Position numbers and translations under genes: made by a program. A DNA stretch of 64,000 bases from Octopus sinensis (taxonomy: Eukaryota), in contig NC_043011.1 in NCBI RefSeq assembly GCF_006345805.1, positions 45,024,464 through 45,088,463 of the forward strand, given 5' to 3'. The notes under the pieces are model-generated. The model was not told the origin of the DNA, did not search any database, and saw nothing but the letters and a program-made list of their open reading frames with translations. This document shows positions 38,526 through 51,735 of the stretch, in pieces. Every line of letters begins with the position of its first letter. Position 1 is the first letter of the stretch.

Positions 38526-38889
38526 TTAGACCAGTTTTTTAAATTTATAATTTGATTGTTAAACACAGTCGGTTAACTGTGCAGGTGTTACCTTGGCCCA
38601 AAATTCTTCTATTTCTTCTACAGACTGCATGTGTAATTTTCAACCCAATAATAGATTTTAAATGTCAGTCTCCAAAAGTGTCACACTGTGCACAAGTATA
38701 TATGGTGTGTGTGTGTGTAAGCATGTATATATAATCTGTTATTGCTAGGTTTTGCAACTACATGGTCTGGGTTTGATCGTACAGTGTGGCGTCTTGGGCT
38801 AATGTCTTTTACCTCAGGTTAACCAATGCTCTGTGAGTGGAATTTGGTAGATGGAAACTGTGGAAATTTTGTGTGTGTGTATCATATGC

Positions 38890-39185
38890 AGAGGCACATG
38901 GCCAAGTGATTTGAGCAGCAGACTCGCAGTCGAGGGATCGTGGGTTTGAATCTCAGACTGGGCGATGTATGTGTTTGAGCAAAACACTTAAGCTCTACGC
39001 AGCTCTAGCCAAAGGTAATGGCGAACTTCTACTGACTCTTTCACTATGATTTTCTCTCACTCTCTCCTCCTGCATCTAGCAGCTCACCAGCGATGGACTA
39101 GCATCCTGTCCAGGTGGGGAACCTATACGCCAATGAAACTAGCAAATCATCCCTTATGAACCAGGCATGGCTCAAGAAGGAACAA
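38890..39185 (+). mobile_element. SINE with family-D-like head and gcgatggac..tcctgtccagg tail
   Basis: gcagaggcacatggcc..gcagactcgcagtcg..ggtttgaatctc head; tail shares gcgatggact with 12110-12358. Confidence 0.7.
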
Positions 39186-40094
39186 ACAATATATATCGTG
39201 TGTGTGTGTATCATATGCCTGTGTGGATGAGCCTACCACCACCTCTATTTTGTTCGTCTCCCAAGTAAATGAGCCTTTATATAAAACATCACTTTCTACA
39301 GAAAGACAATCTTGATTATTGTTGTTGTGATGATGTATAGGTGCATGCATGGCTATGTGGTAAGAAAATTGCTTCCCAACCACATGGTTTCGGTTTCAAT
39401 TCCACTGCATGGCACCTTGGGCAAGTGTCTTCTATTATATCCTTGGGCCGACCAAATTCTCATGAGTGGATTTGGTAGAGGGAAACTGAAAAAAGCTCAT
39501 CATGTGTGTGTGTGTGTGTATATATATATATGAGTTTGTGTCTGTGTTTGTCCCTGCCAACCGGTGTTGGTGTCTTTACATCCCCGTAACTTAGCAGTTC
39601 AACAAAAGAGACTGATATAAGTACTAAACTTTAAAAAAAAAGTCCTGGAGTTGATTTGTTTAACTAAAACCCCTCCAGCATGCTGCAATCATATGACTGA
39701 AACAAGTAAAAGAATAAAGGATTATATGTATATATATATGTGTATGTATGTGTGTATATATATGTGTATATATATATATATCTCCCCATTTTCTTAACTA
39801 TTACTACTACTACCACTGCTTTAAATCGGCTCTGTAGATTTGCTAATCCGTGCCATGATTAACTCGATTAGCTCACTGTTAGTCAATCGGATTAACCCTT
39901 CCCCCACCCCGCTCTCACTTGTACACTGTTCTGTGTATGGAGTGGGTAGATTTGTTTATATATAAAAGGAAAGAGAGAGGGGGATACATTTTATGAGCAG
40001 AAGAGATGGGGGGAGTAGGCTTTCTTTTTTTTTTTCTCTCCTTGGAGGCAGATGAAGAGGGTACATCTTTAGGTGTTCATGTTCTGAATTCTGA

Positions 40095-40750
40095 CCATAC
40101 AAAGCACTTCACCTTCTTTCTCTCCCTTTCTCCATATCTCTCCCTCTTTCTCTCTCCATATCTCTCCCTCTTTCTCTCTCCATATCTCTCCCTCTTTCTC
40201 TCTCCATATCTCTCCCTCTTCCTCTCTCCATATCTCACCCACTTTCTCTCTCCATGTCTCTCTCTGTTTCTCTCCCTCTTTCTCTCTCTCAATATCTCTC
40301 CCTTTTTCTCTCTCTCCATATCTCTCCCTTGCCCTTTTTCTCTTTCCCTCTCCCTCTTCCTCTTTCCATATCTCTCCCTCTTTCTTTCTCTCCATATCTC
40401 TCCCTCTTTCTCTCTCCATATCTCTCCTCTTTCTCTCCCTCTTTCTCTCCCCATGTCTCTCTATATCTCTCCCTCTTTCTCTCTCTCTCCATATTTCTCC
40501 CTCTTACTCTCTCTCTTCATATTTCTCCCTCTTACTCTCTCTCTCTCTCCATATTTCTCCCTCTTACTCTCTCTCTCTCTCCATATTTCTCCCTCTTACT
40601 CTCTCTCTTCATATTTCTCCCTCTTACTCTCTCTCTCTCTCCATATTTCTCCCTCTTTCTCTCTCTCTCCATATTTCTCCCTCTTACTCTCTCTCTTCAT
40701 ATTTCTCCCTCTTACTCTCTCTCTTCATATTTCTCCCTCTTACTCTCAAT
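40095..40750. repeat. Polypyrimidine minisatellite (22-bp ctctccatatctctccctcttt grading to ctctccatatttctccctcttact)
   Basis: Direct reading; explains the LSLFLSPY / ERKRERY ORFs. Confidence 0.95.
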
Positions 40751-41042
40751 TGCTATTTTACAAAACAATCACTAAATCTCAGTAAAAACTGCAGAATCAA
40801 CATTCACCACCACCGTTGCTGCTGCCACCATCATTATAACCCGCATGCATCACAGCAGCCAGTATCACCACCACCACCACCACCATGATCATCACCATCA
40901 TCATCACTAAACTGTACTATTAGATGGTGGTATTGTTAGTAAGTTATTAGTGGTCTCTCATGCATCCACACATACATGCAGACTACATGTCCAGAGGGAA
41001 ACTCCAGAGTAACAAGCCATTAGATATTGACCTAAATAGCTT

Positions 41043-41093
<51 letters not shown>

Positions 41094-41182
41094 GCACACA
41101 CACACCACCATAACAATATAGCACATCCTTTTATTTGTTTTGGCCATTAAACTTTGGACATGCATGGCTAGGAACAGTACAC

Positions 41183-41228
<46 letters not shown>

Positions 41229-41624
41229 GTGTGTGTAAACATACATATTTCTGTATTTATACTGTGTTTGTGTATTCATGTATACAGTAGTATTTTTAAT
41301 ATATTACCTCTCATTTTTAGGTCACAAGAAATATATCAAGTTTTTTAATATGAAACTTGTTTCAAATGCTGTCTTCCTTGTGGATCAATCTCCCCCCCTC
41401 TCTCTCTCTCCCTCCCTCTATTTCTTTCTTTCTTTCTCTCTCACTGTAATCTCTCCCAGATGTTGTACCGCTTTACTTTCAATATTTATCTGTATAAAGG
41501 AGGTGTTGAAGGATCAATAGTATTTTCTCCATATTTAGCTTGGTCTTTATATATATATATATATAATGTATACATACACAGACATACGGACATCTGTATA
41601 ATTTATATACACCTACACAAGCTA

Positions 41625-42215
41625 TAGGTGCGGCTGTGTGGTAAGAAGCTTTCTTTCCAAGCACATGGTTCTGGGTTTAGTCCCACCGCGTGGCACCTTA
41701 GGCAAGTGTCTTCTACTTTAGCCTCGAGCCAACCAAAGCCTTGTGAGTGGATTTGGTAGGCAGAAACTGAAAGGCGGCAAGCTGGCAGAAATGTTAGCAT
41801 GCCGGGCAAAATGCTTAGTGGTATTTCGTCTGCTGCTACATTCTGAGTTCAAATTCCACCAAGGTCGACTTTGCCTTTCATCCTTTTGAGGTCGATTAAA
41901 TGAGTACCAGTTACGCACTGGGGTCGATATAATCGACTTAATCTGTTTGTCTGTCCTTGTTTGTCCCCTCTGTGTGTAGCTCCTTGTGGGCAGTAAAGAA
42001 ATAAGAAACTGAAAGAAGCCCATCAAATGTGTGTGTGTGTCCATCGATTGACAACCAATGTTGGTGTGTTTATGTCCCTGTAAATTAGCAGTTCGGCAAA
42101 AGAGACCGATAAAATAAGTCCTGGGCTTACAAAGAATAAGTCCTGGGGGTGATTTCTTCGACTAAAAACCCTTTAAGACGGTACCCCAGCAGTCAAATGG
42201 TTGAAATAAGTGAAA
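41625..42215 (+). mobile_element. SINE A interrupted by a full SINE B (about 41771-42003)
   Basis: Target duplication agaaactgaaag at 41762-41773 and 42004-42015. Confidence 0.9.
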
Positions 42216-42739
42216 GAATAAAAGAATATTCAGTGTGTACTAACACAGTTGGCATGACAGTAAGTTGTCATATAACCTCCCGGTCAGTCCTGATTAAGGG
42301 CACCCCTGTAGCTCACAGCCTTTCAGCTGCTTTACTGTATCCCTCAGATCTGTTATGGTGGTCATGCACCCTGCATATATTTGGTAATTGCTTAACCCTT
42401 GGTCATCCTTGATCCATTTCATCAATGATCAAATACACTGCAGCTGTGTCCACTCCTTCAACATGATACATCTAAGACTGATTTGAATAATTCTATTTTA
42501 AGACAGTTGGGCATGATTTGAGGGTGATTTTGATTGCTATTTCTAACAAGTTGCTTGATTTTATAGAGGTTTTCTTGTTGACTTGTGGTGGTGAGTTGTT
42601 CCTAACCTGTTGGACCTGTTTTACATCTAAGTGGCCTGGGCTTGTTTGTTTCCAGACACTGAGGTGTTGATAGTGACACAATGTATAGCACCAACTCAAC
42701 CATCTCCACATTTTGTCTCTGTAAACACAATATACTGAC

Positions 42740-43120
42740 ACACGTAGCAATCCGGTTACAACGAGGGTTCTAATTGATCCGATCAATGGAACAGCCTGTT
42801 TGTGAAATCAACATGCAAGTGGCTGACTACTCCACAGACATGTGTACCCTTAATGTAGTCCTCGGGGAGATTCAGCGTGACACAGTGTGACAAGGCTGGC
42901 CCTTTGAAATACAGGTACAACAGAAACAGGAAGAAAGGGTGAGAGAAAGTTGTGGTGAAAGAGTACAGCAGGGATCGCCACCAGCCCCTGCCGGAGCCTC
43001 ATGGAGCTTTAGGTGTTTTCGCTCAATAAACACTCACAATGCCTGGTCTGAGAATTGAAACTGTAATCCTATAATCGCGAGTCTGCTGCCCTAACCACTG
43101 GGCCATTGTGCCTCCACATA
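42740..43120 (-). mobile_element. SINE family D, tail type 2
   Basis: Same head and body as 21890-22202 up to gagaaagttgtgg..agaaag, then an unrelated 3' tail (gggccagccttgtcacactgtgtcacgctgaatc..). Confidence 0.85.
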
Positions 43121-44404
43121 GTGACACTAGGCCAGTGACATTTGACAGTTGTCCTCTGAACATCAGGATTTGACAACAGCTAATGGACTGGAATTTTTTT
43201 TTTCTTTGCTAACAGTTAATGAGGTGTGTATGTGTCAAGATATATTCTTATTCTGCATACAGAGGGGTGAATGTGTATGAAAGGATGTGTGGGTGTGTCT
43301 CTATATGAATGAATGAATGTTTGTCAAAATGTGGAATGTTTTTAGTTTTGCTGCTCTGTGCACGGGTGTGGCACGAGTATAGGTGTGGCTGTGTGGTAAG
43401 CAGTTTGCTTCCCAACCACATGGTTCAGTTTAACTGTGTGGCACCTTGAGCAAGTGCCTTCTACTATAACCTCAGGATGTAAAGACACATAAATACATAC
43501 AAATACACACACACACACACACACACGATGGGCTTCTTTCAGTTTCCAGCTGCCAAATCCACTCACAAAACTTTGGTTAGCCTGAGGCTATAGTAAAAGA
43601 CATTTGCTCAAGGTGCCACACAGTTGAACTGAACCTAGAACCATGTGGTTGAGAAACAAACTTCTTACTTCTATTATGGCCCCAGGCTGACCAAAGCCTT
43701 GTGAATAGATTTGGTAAATAGAAACTGAAAGAAGCTTATCATGTGCATGTGTGTTTGTTCCCCACCACTGCTGGTCAATTGGTGTTGGTTTGTTTATGTC
43801 CCTGTAACCTAGTGATTCAGCAGAAGTACCAGGCCTTTAAAAAATAAATATTGGGGGTTCATTTGTTGGACTAAAACCTATCAAGACAGTGCTTGAAACA
43901 AACAAAAGATGAAAGATGTTCTAATGTAACAAGAATTTTAGCCGTTTAGCATTCGGATTATCCTGAGAATATATTGCTTATCTACTCACATTGTTTTAAA
44001 TTCATCCTGCATTATCTCACAGCTTGGAGATTTCGGTGACGTGTTTGTTTATTTTCAGAATGATGGTGTTGGGTAGGTGTGAAATGCCAGATCTGGCTGG
44101 TTTGCACATAAAACATGTGGAATTTTTGGTTCGGATGTGACTCATTGAAATACTCAAGTGTTAGAAGTCAACCCAACCCAACAGCTTCACAATATGAAAG
44201 TTAAGCAGCTGCAGCCACTGTTATTGTTGTCTCTCAGTTGAATGGCACTGAAATAGAAATAGGTGGTGATGATACCAAGCTATATGTTAGATATTGACAA
44301 TTCTGATTAATGGTATATCTTTGAGATAGTCTTGCAGTGCAGCAAAACAATACGGTATTTGAGAGCTGGTTTGAAGTTATTAACATCTCTCACTTTACAG
44401 CCCA

Positions 44405-44556
44405 AAGGGTGAAAGAAATATCTTTCTACAATTCTATATTTAAGAGATGAGGAATTATGTACATTATTTACATTCAACAGATATTTATCCTCATCTTATT
44501 CGTTGTCAACACGGTGGGCATATGGTGTGGTGGTTAAGAGTGTGGGCTACTAACCC
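44405..44556. mobile_element. Sister fragment of the 38283 element: inverted 3' tail abutting a + strand tRNA-like head
   Basis: 44405-44510 reverse complement reads gtgttgacaacgaataagatgaggataaatatc..aatgtaaataat; 44511-44556 reads tggtgtggtggttaagagtgtgggctactaacccc. Confidence 0.65.
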
Positions 44557-45589
44557 CAAAATTCCATTATCATCATCATCATTATTGTAAAGAGGGCATT
44601 GGCATTCTATAGATTCAGGGTACCATTATATTCTGCAGCCAATTCCCACCATCTCCAAAAGTAAGGCTGACCTCAGCAGAATTTGAACTCAGAACATAAA
44701 GATGGATGAACTTGAAATACCACTAAGCATTTTGTTCAGAGTGCTAGCAGTTCTATATGCAACTTTCTACTGCACCACCAAGTGCATCATGCTGCTTGGC
44801 AGGTGCTTGCATTTTAAGGAATGTAAAACTGTGTTTGTTCACAACATTGGTTTTTGTTTTATTATAGGATTTGTATTGTTTCTGGTGTTGCTTCAGTGTT
44901 TTGTCTGCTCTGTAGTGTATGTGTTGTAGCATAAAGTAGTGGTTGTGTTGGGTGGTGATTTAGTAGAGTTTTGTGTTGTGTGGTTTAGTGTCGGTGAATG
45001 CCCTTACAGTATTTAGTGAATGTGTGTTGTTTAATCATAGGATGGCATTTACTTAATGAAATCACATTTAAGCTTAACCTACATTCACTACCTTACATTT
45101 CTCTGTAGCTGATACACTACTACCCCCCCCCCCAAGTGAAAATTAAAACCAGTATATAGAAGATAGGTCACTAATTGTACCCTCAACTACTCCACTTTTA
45201 TTTTACAGGGGCCTGGAACAGTCTTATATCTTACCACATCTCTAATATTGATGGTGGCGGTTGTTGTTTAGCTGTAGACATACCAGTTATAACGCTACCA
45301 CTGCCACTTTTAGACTTAGTGTATCTAGGACTACATTCTCTAAGATGTCCTTCCTTTTAATTTGAGAGAGTTGGCTGTGATTTCTCTCTGGTAAGTGACT
45401 ATGGCTTGCTATCACAAATACATGAGAAGTGAAGGGACATGAAGGCATATTGTGACTGGATCAGGGAATGAACCCAGATTAGATATTAGAACCACTATAC
45501 CAAATGTAGCTAAAGTCAGATGACTTACTATGGTCTTAGTATTGCCATATGGTGTCATCTATATATAATATATTTGTCATGTATCATAG

Positions 45590-45730
45590 GTCTGCAGCAG
45601 ATTGATGACGTTACAATGAAGGTCTTCCTGATTGTGAGTTCTTCAGCTGCATTGCCATATTTATCTAACCAGCTCATGATATTGTCCATTCATTGCATTC
45701 TTTGATCTGATTAACTGCAACACTCAGTGT
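45590..45730 (-). pseudogene. Decayed RTE-like 3' end
   Basis: QRMQ*MDNIMSWL resembles GRQR..Y.D.I..WL. Confidence 0.35.
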
Positions 45731-46973
45731 CAAAACTGATGGAGAGCCAGTAATATCTTAAAACCAAATGGCTTAGTATGTCCTTCATCTAGTAGGGGAA
45801 ATTTGGCTGTTACTTCTAGCAGTATTATTAGGAATTGTAAAGGCTCTTAATTGTACTGTTATGTGAGTTGTTATACCATGTGGCACACATACACAGCGAG
45901 GTGGACTGTACCACTCTGTGGTACTTACATGGTCTCTACCTCTGGGAAGTAAAACTGTCCCATTCTATGGCACCTACTTACAACTTGGTGGATCAGGTCC
46001 ATTTGTGGAGTAAGGATTTAACTTGTCAGGGACAATATGAAATATCAAAATCATAATTTAATGCCCACTTTCCATGCTTGTATGGGTTAGATGGTAAGCT
46101 GGAGAGCTGCACCAGGGTCCATTCTGCTTTGGATTGGTTTCTATTGCTGGATGCCCTTCTCAATGCCAACTACTCTACAAAGTCTACCGGATGTCTTTAC
46201 ATGTTACTGGCACAGGTGCCTTTTATGTGTCACCAGCACTGGCCATGACCATGATTTCACTTAGCTTAACATGTCTTCTCCAGCACTGCAAATCACCAGA
46301 AGTCTCGGTCACTTGTCTTCACCTCTGTGAGACTTAGCAAACTGGATGTGAAATCCCTACGTGTTTATCCAGTTGACCTTGACTAACTTCACAGCTCCAA
46401 CTTAGTCTCCATCATTGTTTGCTTATGTCAGAGGTGGTAAACTGGTAGAATTGTTAGCATACCAGACAGAATGCTTAGCAGCATTTTGTCCTTCTTTATG
46501 CTCTGTTTTCAAATTCTGCCGTAGCCAACTTTGTCTTTCATCATTTGAGGTCAATAAAATAAATACCAGTTGAGCATCGGAGTTGATATAATTGACTAGC
46601 TCCTTTGCACACAAGATTCAGACCTTGTACCGAGTAGAAGGGATTATTTGTAAATGTTTGAATTTCCAGATCTGGCCAACCCATACAGACTGTGTATGCT
46701 AGAGAAAGGAATTAAATATGTATCAAGGGTGAAGATTGTTGAGGTGTTAGTTTAGGTTGTTTGCTTACTAAGGGTGAACCATGTGTTATAGTTAACTAGA
46801 GTGCACCCACATAAATAACATTAGAGAACAAAATGGTAGAAGCTACCAAGCTACCTATATTTTTGAGTATGTCTTTAGTATGTTCATCTGTGTGGCGGGG
46901 GGGAACCATTAATCCCAACACATTTTTTTCCTATTTCTTTCTCTCCATTTTTTCCCCTTTTATCCCTTTCTGT

Positions 46974-47202
46974 TTAACCCTTTTGTTATGAACCCAGCTG
47001 AAACTGGCTCTGGCACTGAGTACAAATGTCTTGTTTTCATAAATTTTGAATTAAAATCTTCCACCAAACCTTAGTCACAATTTATGTTCCTAACACAAGC
47101 TTAATGATAACTAAGTTATTTTACTAAATTCTTTGTTATATTCAAGATTAATTGAAAGAAACACAGAGCATCTCAAAATAAATACTGTAATGAAAGGGTT
47201 AA
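46974..47202. mobile_element. TTAA MITE family 1
   Basis: ttaaccctt..gtaatgaaagggttaa; internal sequence matches 31815-32025 and, inverted, 50988-51200. Confidence 0.85.
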
Positions 47203-48229
47203 GAGTGTACACTCAAAATGTCAGACTTTTCCTGTGTGGTAAGAAGCTTGCTTACCAACCACATGGTTACGGGTTCAGTCCCACTGCGTGGCACCTTGGG
47301 CAAGCGTCTTCTACTATAGCCTCAGGCCGACCAGTCTTGAGTAAATTTGGTAGGTGGAAACTGGAGGAAGCCCGTCTTATATATGTATGTATGTATATGT
47401 TTGTGTGTCTGTTTTGGTCCTCCAACATCACTTGACAACCGATGCTGGTGTGTTTACATCCCTGTTTCTTAGCGGTTCGGCAAGAAAGACCGATAGAATA
47501 AATACTGGGCTTTAAACAAGAAAAAGTCTTGGGGTCGATTTGCTCGACTAAAGGCAGTGCTCCAGCATGGCTGCAGTCAAATGACTGAAAGAATGAAAAA
47601 GAACAAAAAAAGCAAAAGAAAATTTTTCCTTGAGCATCAAACTAATACACCTGTTGTTCCTTCATCTGTCTCTTGTTTTCTGTACATTTCATCCGCGCAC
47701 GTGTGTGTGTGTGTATATACACACACACGCACACATTCATTTGATTATATGCGTGCACTTATAATCTGTATCATACAGAGAATAGGCAATATAAATCTTG
47801 ATGGTTTATTGTCGATAAAGAAATAGTAACGCAAAACACAGGTGGAGCTGTGTGGGCGTCTGTCACTGCATTGTGTATACTTGCGCGTTCTTAAATATTT
47901 GTGTATGTGGGTTGTTGTTTTTTTGTTGTTTTTTTTTTCTTTTTGTTGAGATTATTTGTTCAATTTGTGTGTGTAGTGTAGTATAATGCCATCTCTATGT
48001 GTAGGAGGTGGCCATATGTACCATAATGAACTCTTTTGATGACCTACATCAGCCAATCCACTGTCCATTTCAATTATACCATCTACTCTAAGATGTGGCT
48101 GCTTCAACTGATTAATTCAAGCCGTGGCAGCCTATTTGTAGGTGAGAGAAATACAGTGAATTGGCTTCAAGCAGAGGCATAGGTGCCCTTCTCAAGATCA
48201 GTTTACAGAGAACCTCAGCACATCCACTA

Positions 48230-48420
48230 ATTTTTATAGCTGGGTCTTTGGTTCAGTCTTCAGTGTTAACAAATATCCCAGACACCTTGAGGAAGGGAAG
48301 AATATTGGTGAGGTTTCTTGGAGGTCCCTAGCGATGATATTTCCTAGGTTTGATGAGGTAAAGAACTTATGCGTGTCCCTTGAGGTCTTGCAGTGGGATC
48401 ACCAGATGAGTTTTAAGAGT
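48230..48420 (-). pseudogene. Possible CR1/L2 3' fragment
   Basis: aagggacacgca (RGHA-like) followed by KPRKYHR; weak. Confidence 0.3.
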
Positions 48421-48789
48421 AACTCTTTTCTTAAATGCCCTGTTGTCAGGGTAAAAAAGACAAAAAAAAAAAATTGGAACCCTTTAGGGATCTTGGTAAG
48501 TTTTAGAATAGATGTATTCCTCCTTCATCTGTAGCACTGCAAAAGAAAGCAAAAATTTTCTTATAAAGCCATTCACTTGAGACTATTGATTCCTCTTGTC
48601 TGCAGTGTTTTCATATTTAGACAGTAATATTGTTTACCTGGCTACAGTTAGGGGAGGGCCAGGGAGGAATTTCTTTGGTCATTTGCCAGGTTTATGGACC
48701 TAAGTGAAATTAAATATACTGTATATGTGTGTGAGAGAGAGAGAGAGAGTGTGTGGTATGACTCTGAATAATTATTTTACTAAGAATAA

Positions 48790-49700
48790 TTATTTTAAAT
48801 TTTGGCACAGGCAGCAATTTTAAGACGTGGGGTGGGGGATAGTTGATTATATCAACCCCAGTACTTCTCTGGTATATTATTTTATCAACTATGAAATGAG
48901 GAAAGACAAAGTTAACCTAGGTTGGGCTTGAACTCAGAACATGGCGCTGGAAGAAATGCTGCTGAGCACATTATCCAATATGCTAATGATTCTGCCAATT
49001 TGCAACCATAATAATAATGGTTTGAAATTTTGGCACAAGGTCAGAAGGTTTGGTGGGAAGGGCTAAGTCAATTAAATCAAACCATTACTCAACTGGTACT
49101 TGTTTAATTGACCCTCATCAAAGGATGGGAGGCAAAGTCGATCTCTGTGGAATTTGAACTCAGAACGTAAAGATGGGTGGAATGCTGCTAAGCATTTTCC
49201 CTGGTATGCTAATGATTTTGCCAGCTCATTCCATAATAATGATTTCAAATTTTGGCACTGGGCCAGCAAGTTTGGGGGAGGGGATAAGTCGATTAAATCA
49301 ACCACAGTAATCAACTGGTACTTATTTTATCAACCGTGAAATGATGAAAGACAAAGTTGACCATGGCAGAATTTGTCTTTTGCTCAATAATACAATGCAT
49401 CACCTGGTCCAGGAATTGAAACTGCAATCTTTTATGATTATGAGTCCAACATCCTAACCACTTAGCCACATACCAATTTTGATAGTAGTAATAATTACAG
49501 ATGTTTGCCACAAGGGCAGCTTGGATGAGTCAATTACATGAATTGCAGTGTTCAACTGGTACTTATTGTATCGACCCCGAAAGGATGAAAGGCAACGTCG
49601 ACCTTGGCAGAATTTGAACTCAGAACGTAAAGGCAGACAAAATACTGTTAGGCATTTCGTTCAGCGTGTTAATGTTTCTGCCATCTCACTGCCTTAGTAA
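48790..49700 (-). mobile_element. Stack of about 4 SINE B copies with (TTA)n tails
   Basis: Repeated tttgaactcagaac / gaaagacaaagtt / actggtactt motifs separated by ataataataat. Similar stack at about 30325-30760(-); singles near 17510-17730, 18525-18710, 19255-19410, 29225-29410, 46445-46650. Confidence 0.8.
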
Positions 49701-50987
49701 CGATGATTATTTATTGACCATAAACATAATAATTAAAAGAATTATTATTTAATGTCCACTTTCTCATGTTTGCATGGGTTACATGGAATATGTTGGGACA
49801 GATTGTTTGCTCTTTCATCAACCCTCACCTGTTAATGAACAAGATGATGTTTCCCTATAGGCACACATGTTTTTCATGGAAGACTGGAAACAAACAACAC
49901 CACTTATATGACAGTGATGCTCACTTACAATGACTGCATGATGTCAGACCGAGTGCACACACACACACATATTTTTCTTTCATCAATCTACCTAATCCTT
50001 CACACGGCTTTAGTGGGCCCAGGACTATAATAGACACTTGCCCAAGGTGCTGTGCAGTGGGACTGAACCCAGCACCACATGTTTTGAGAAGTAAGCTTCC
50101 TAACCACATACCTACATCTGCACCTAGTAGTTGTAGGAGCAATCAGCTTCTGGTATTGTCTAAGTTTACATGTTTTAGGATATTTGTTTAATTAAACACA
50201 TTTGCTGGTAATGGCATTGTTAACTTAGTGTTAATTGTTTGCCAAATGTTAGTGAATTTGTCAGCATATATACCTATAAATATAACTTCTGTTTCCAAAC
50301 GGCACCAATATTTTCATGATGTTCATGATGATGATGATGTAAACTTTTATTGATGTTTGGCAAACTTAAGGTTTTAAAGTTTCAATATTTATTTTATATA
50401 TTTTTAGTACATTTTAGTACCGAGCAGTGCAGCAATTGCTGCAGATGTCGTTTTGTTAGTTCAGGCTGTTGTTTGGTATGTACCAAGACCAAGTCACTAG
50501 ATTTCACATTGTTTTATCATCTACTTTTCCTTGGTTGTATGAGTCAGACAGTACTTTATAAACCCACATTTCTGTGTCTTGTGCTATGATTATGCATCAG
50601 TTTCTGACAGCTTTTTGGTCTCCTATTGCCAAAACCACTCAGAGACACGTCACCCGCTCATCTCTTCATCTCTTGTCTGCAGTATTGTGTCCAACCTCCC
50701 ACCACCACCACCAGTATAGCCAGTCCTTTCTCCTCTGCATATCATCCTTCTGGAATCTCTTCCCTGCTCCTGCCTTTTCTGCAGTGCTGGTGCCACGTAA
50801 AAAGCACCAAGTACATTCTGTAAAGTGGTTGGCATTAGAAAGGGCATCCAGCTAGAGAAACCCAGTCAAAATGGACTATAGAACCTGATGTGGCCCCTGC
50901 CCTTGCCATTTTCTGTCAAGTTGTCCAACCCATGCCAGCATTGAAGACGGATGTTAAAGGATGATCATGATGTTCACCAGCAGCTCT

Positions 50988-51200
50988 TTAACCTTTTCAT
51001 TACTGTATCTCTATTTCTTTCAATTACTTTAAATATAGCAAATAATTTAGTGAAATAACTTAGTTATCATTAAGCTAGTGTTAGGAACATAAATTGTGAC
51101 TAAGGTTTGGTGGAATATTTTAATTCAAAACTTAAGGAAACAAGACATTTGTACTCAGAGCCAGAGCTGGTTTCAGCCGGGTTGGTAATGAAAGGGTTAA
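50988..51200. mobile_element. TTAA MITE family 1, inverted copy
   Basis: TIRs ccttttcattac / gtaatgaaaggg (11/12) with TTAA on both sides. Related decayed copies near 15920-16065 and 31185-31395. Confidence 0.88.
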
Positions 51201-51717
51201 ATATTAATGGTATGAAACTCACTGGTCTTGGAAAGGTCATGGACACAGCCCTGGTTTCCATTATATCTCCAGTTCAAATCCAACCAAAAGGCAACTTGGC
51301 ATTTAAACATTCTAGGGTTACAAATTATTGTTTCATATATGTATGAAATTTTTCTCTGGTTTCTCACTAAGGAATCTGGGAATTTGCAATTGTTGGTTGT
51401 GAGACAAAAATATATTTTGGAAGATGCAAAATGATGTTAGCAGAATACACAGAATTGATGAGTATCATGACCAGAACAGTTGTGTTGTAACTTGTGGTTA
51501 TGAATTTAATTCTTGTCTTGTGTCATTTGCTGTACATTGTGGTCTCTCGACATGCTAGATCTAACAACCAAATCTCCTTTAAGTTACTGCCTACCAGCTT
51601 AAAGAAAGGACATCGTACATTGATGTGGTCTTCTATACCTCATAGAAATAGTTGGTCTTTGGCAGAATATCTTTTATTCCGGGTTTGTTAATGTGTGCAC
51701 TCTCTTCATGTGACATC

Positions 51718-51735
51718 TACCACCAGGTGGCGCAC
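51718..51735 (+). promoter_or_regulatory. Candidate CTCF-binding site
   Basis: TACCACCAGGTGGCGCAC; core CCACCAGGTGGCGC fits CCASYAGRKGGCRS at all 14 positions. Confidence 0.5.

Noticed and set aside
40006-40785. 259-aa and ERKRERY-type ORFs
   Set aside because: CT-rich minisatellite open on both strands.
45208-45270. Acceptor followed by hydrophobic GPGTVLYLTTSLILMVAVVV*
   Set aside because: Short, no homology, expected by chance in 64 kb.
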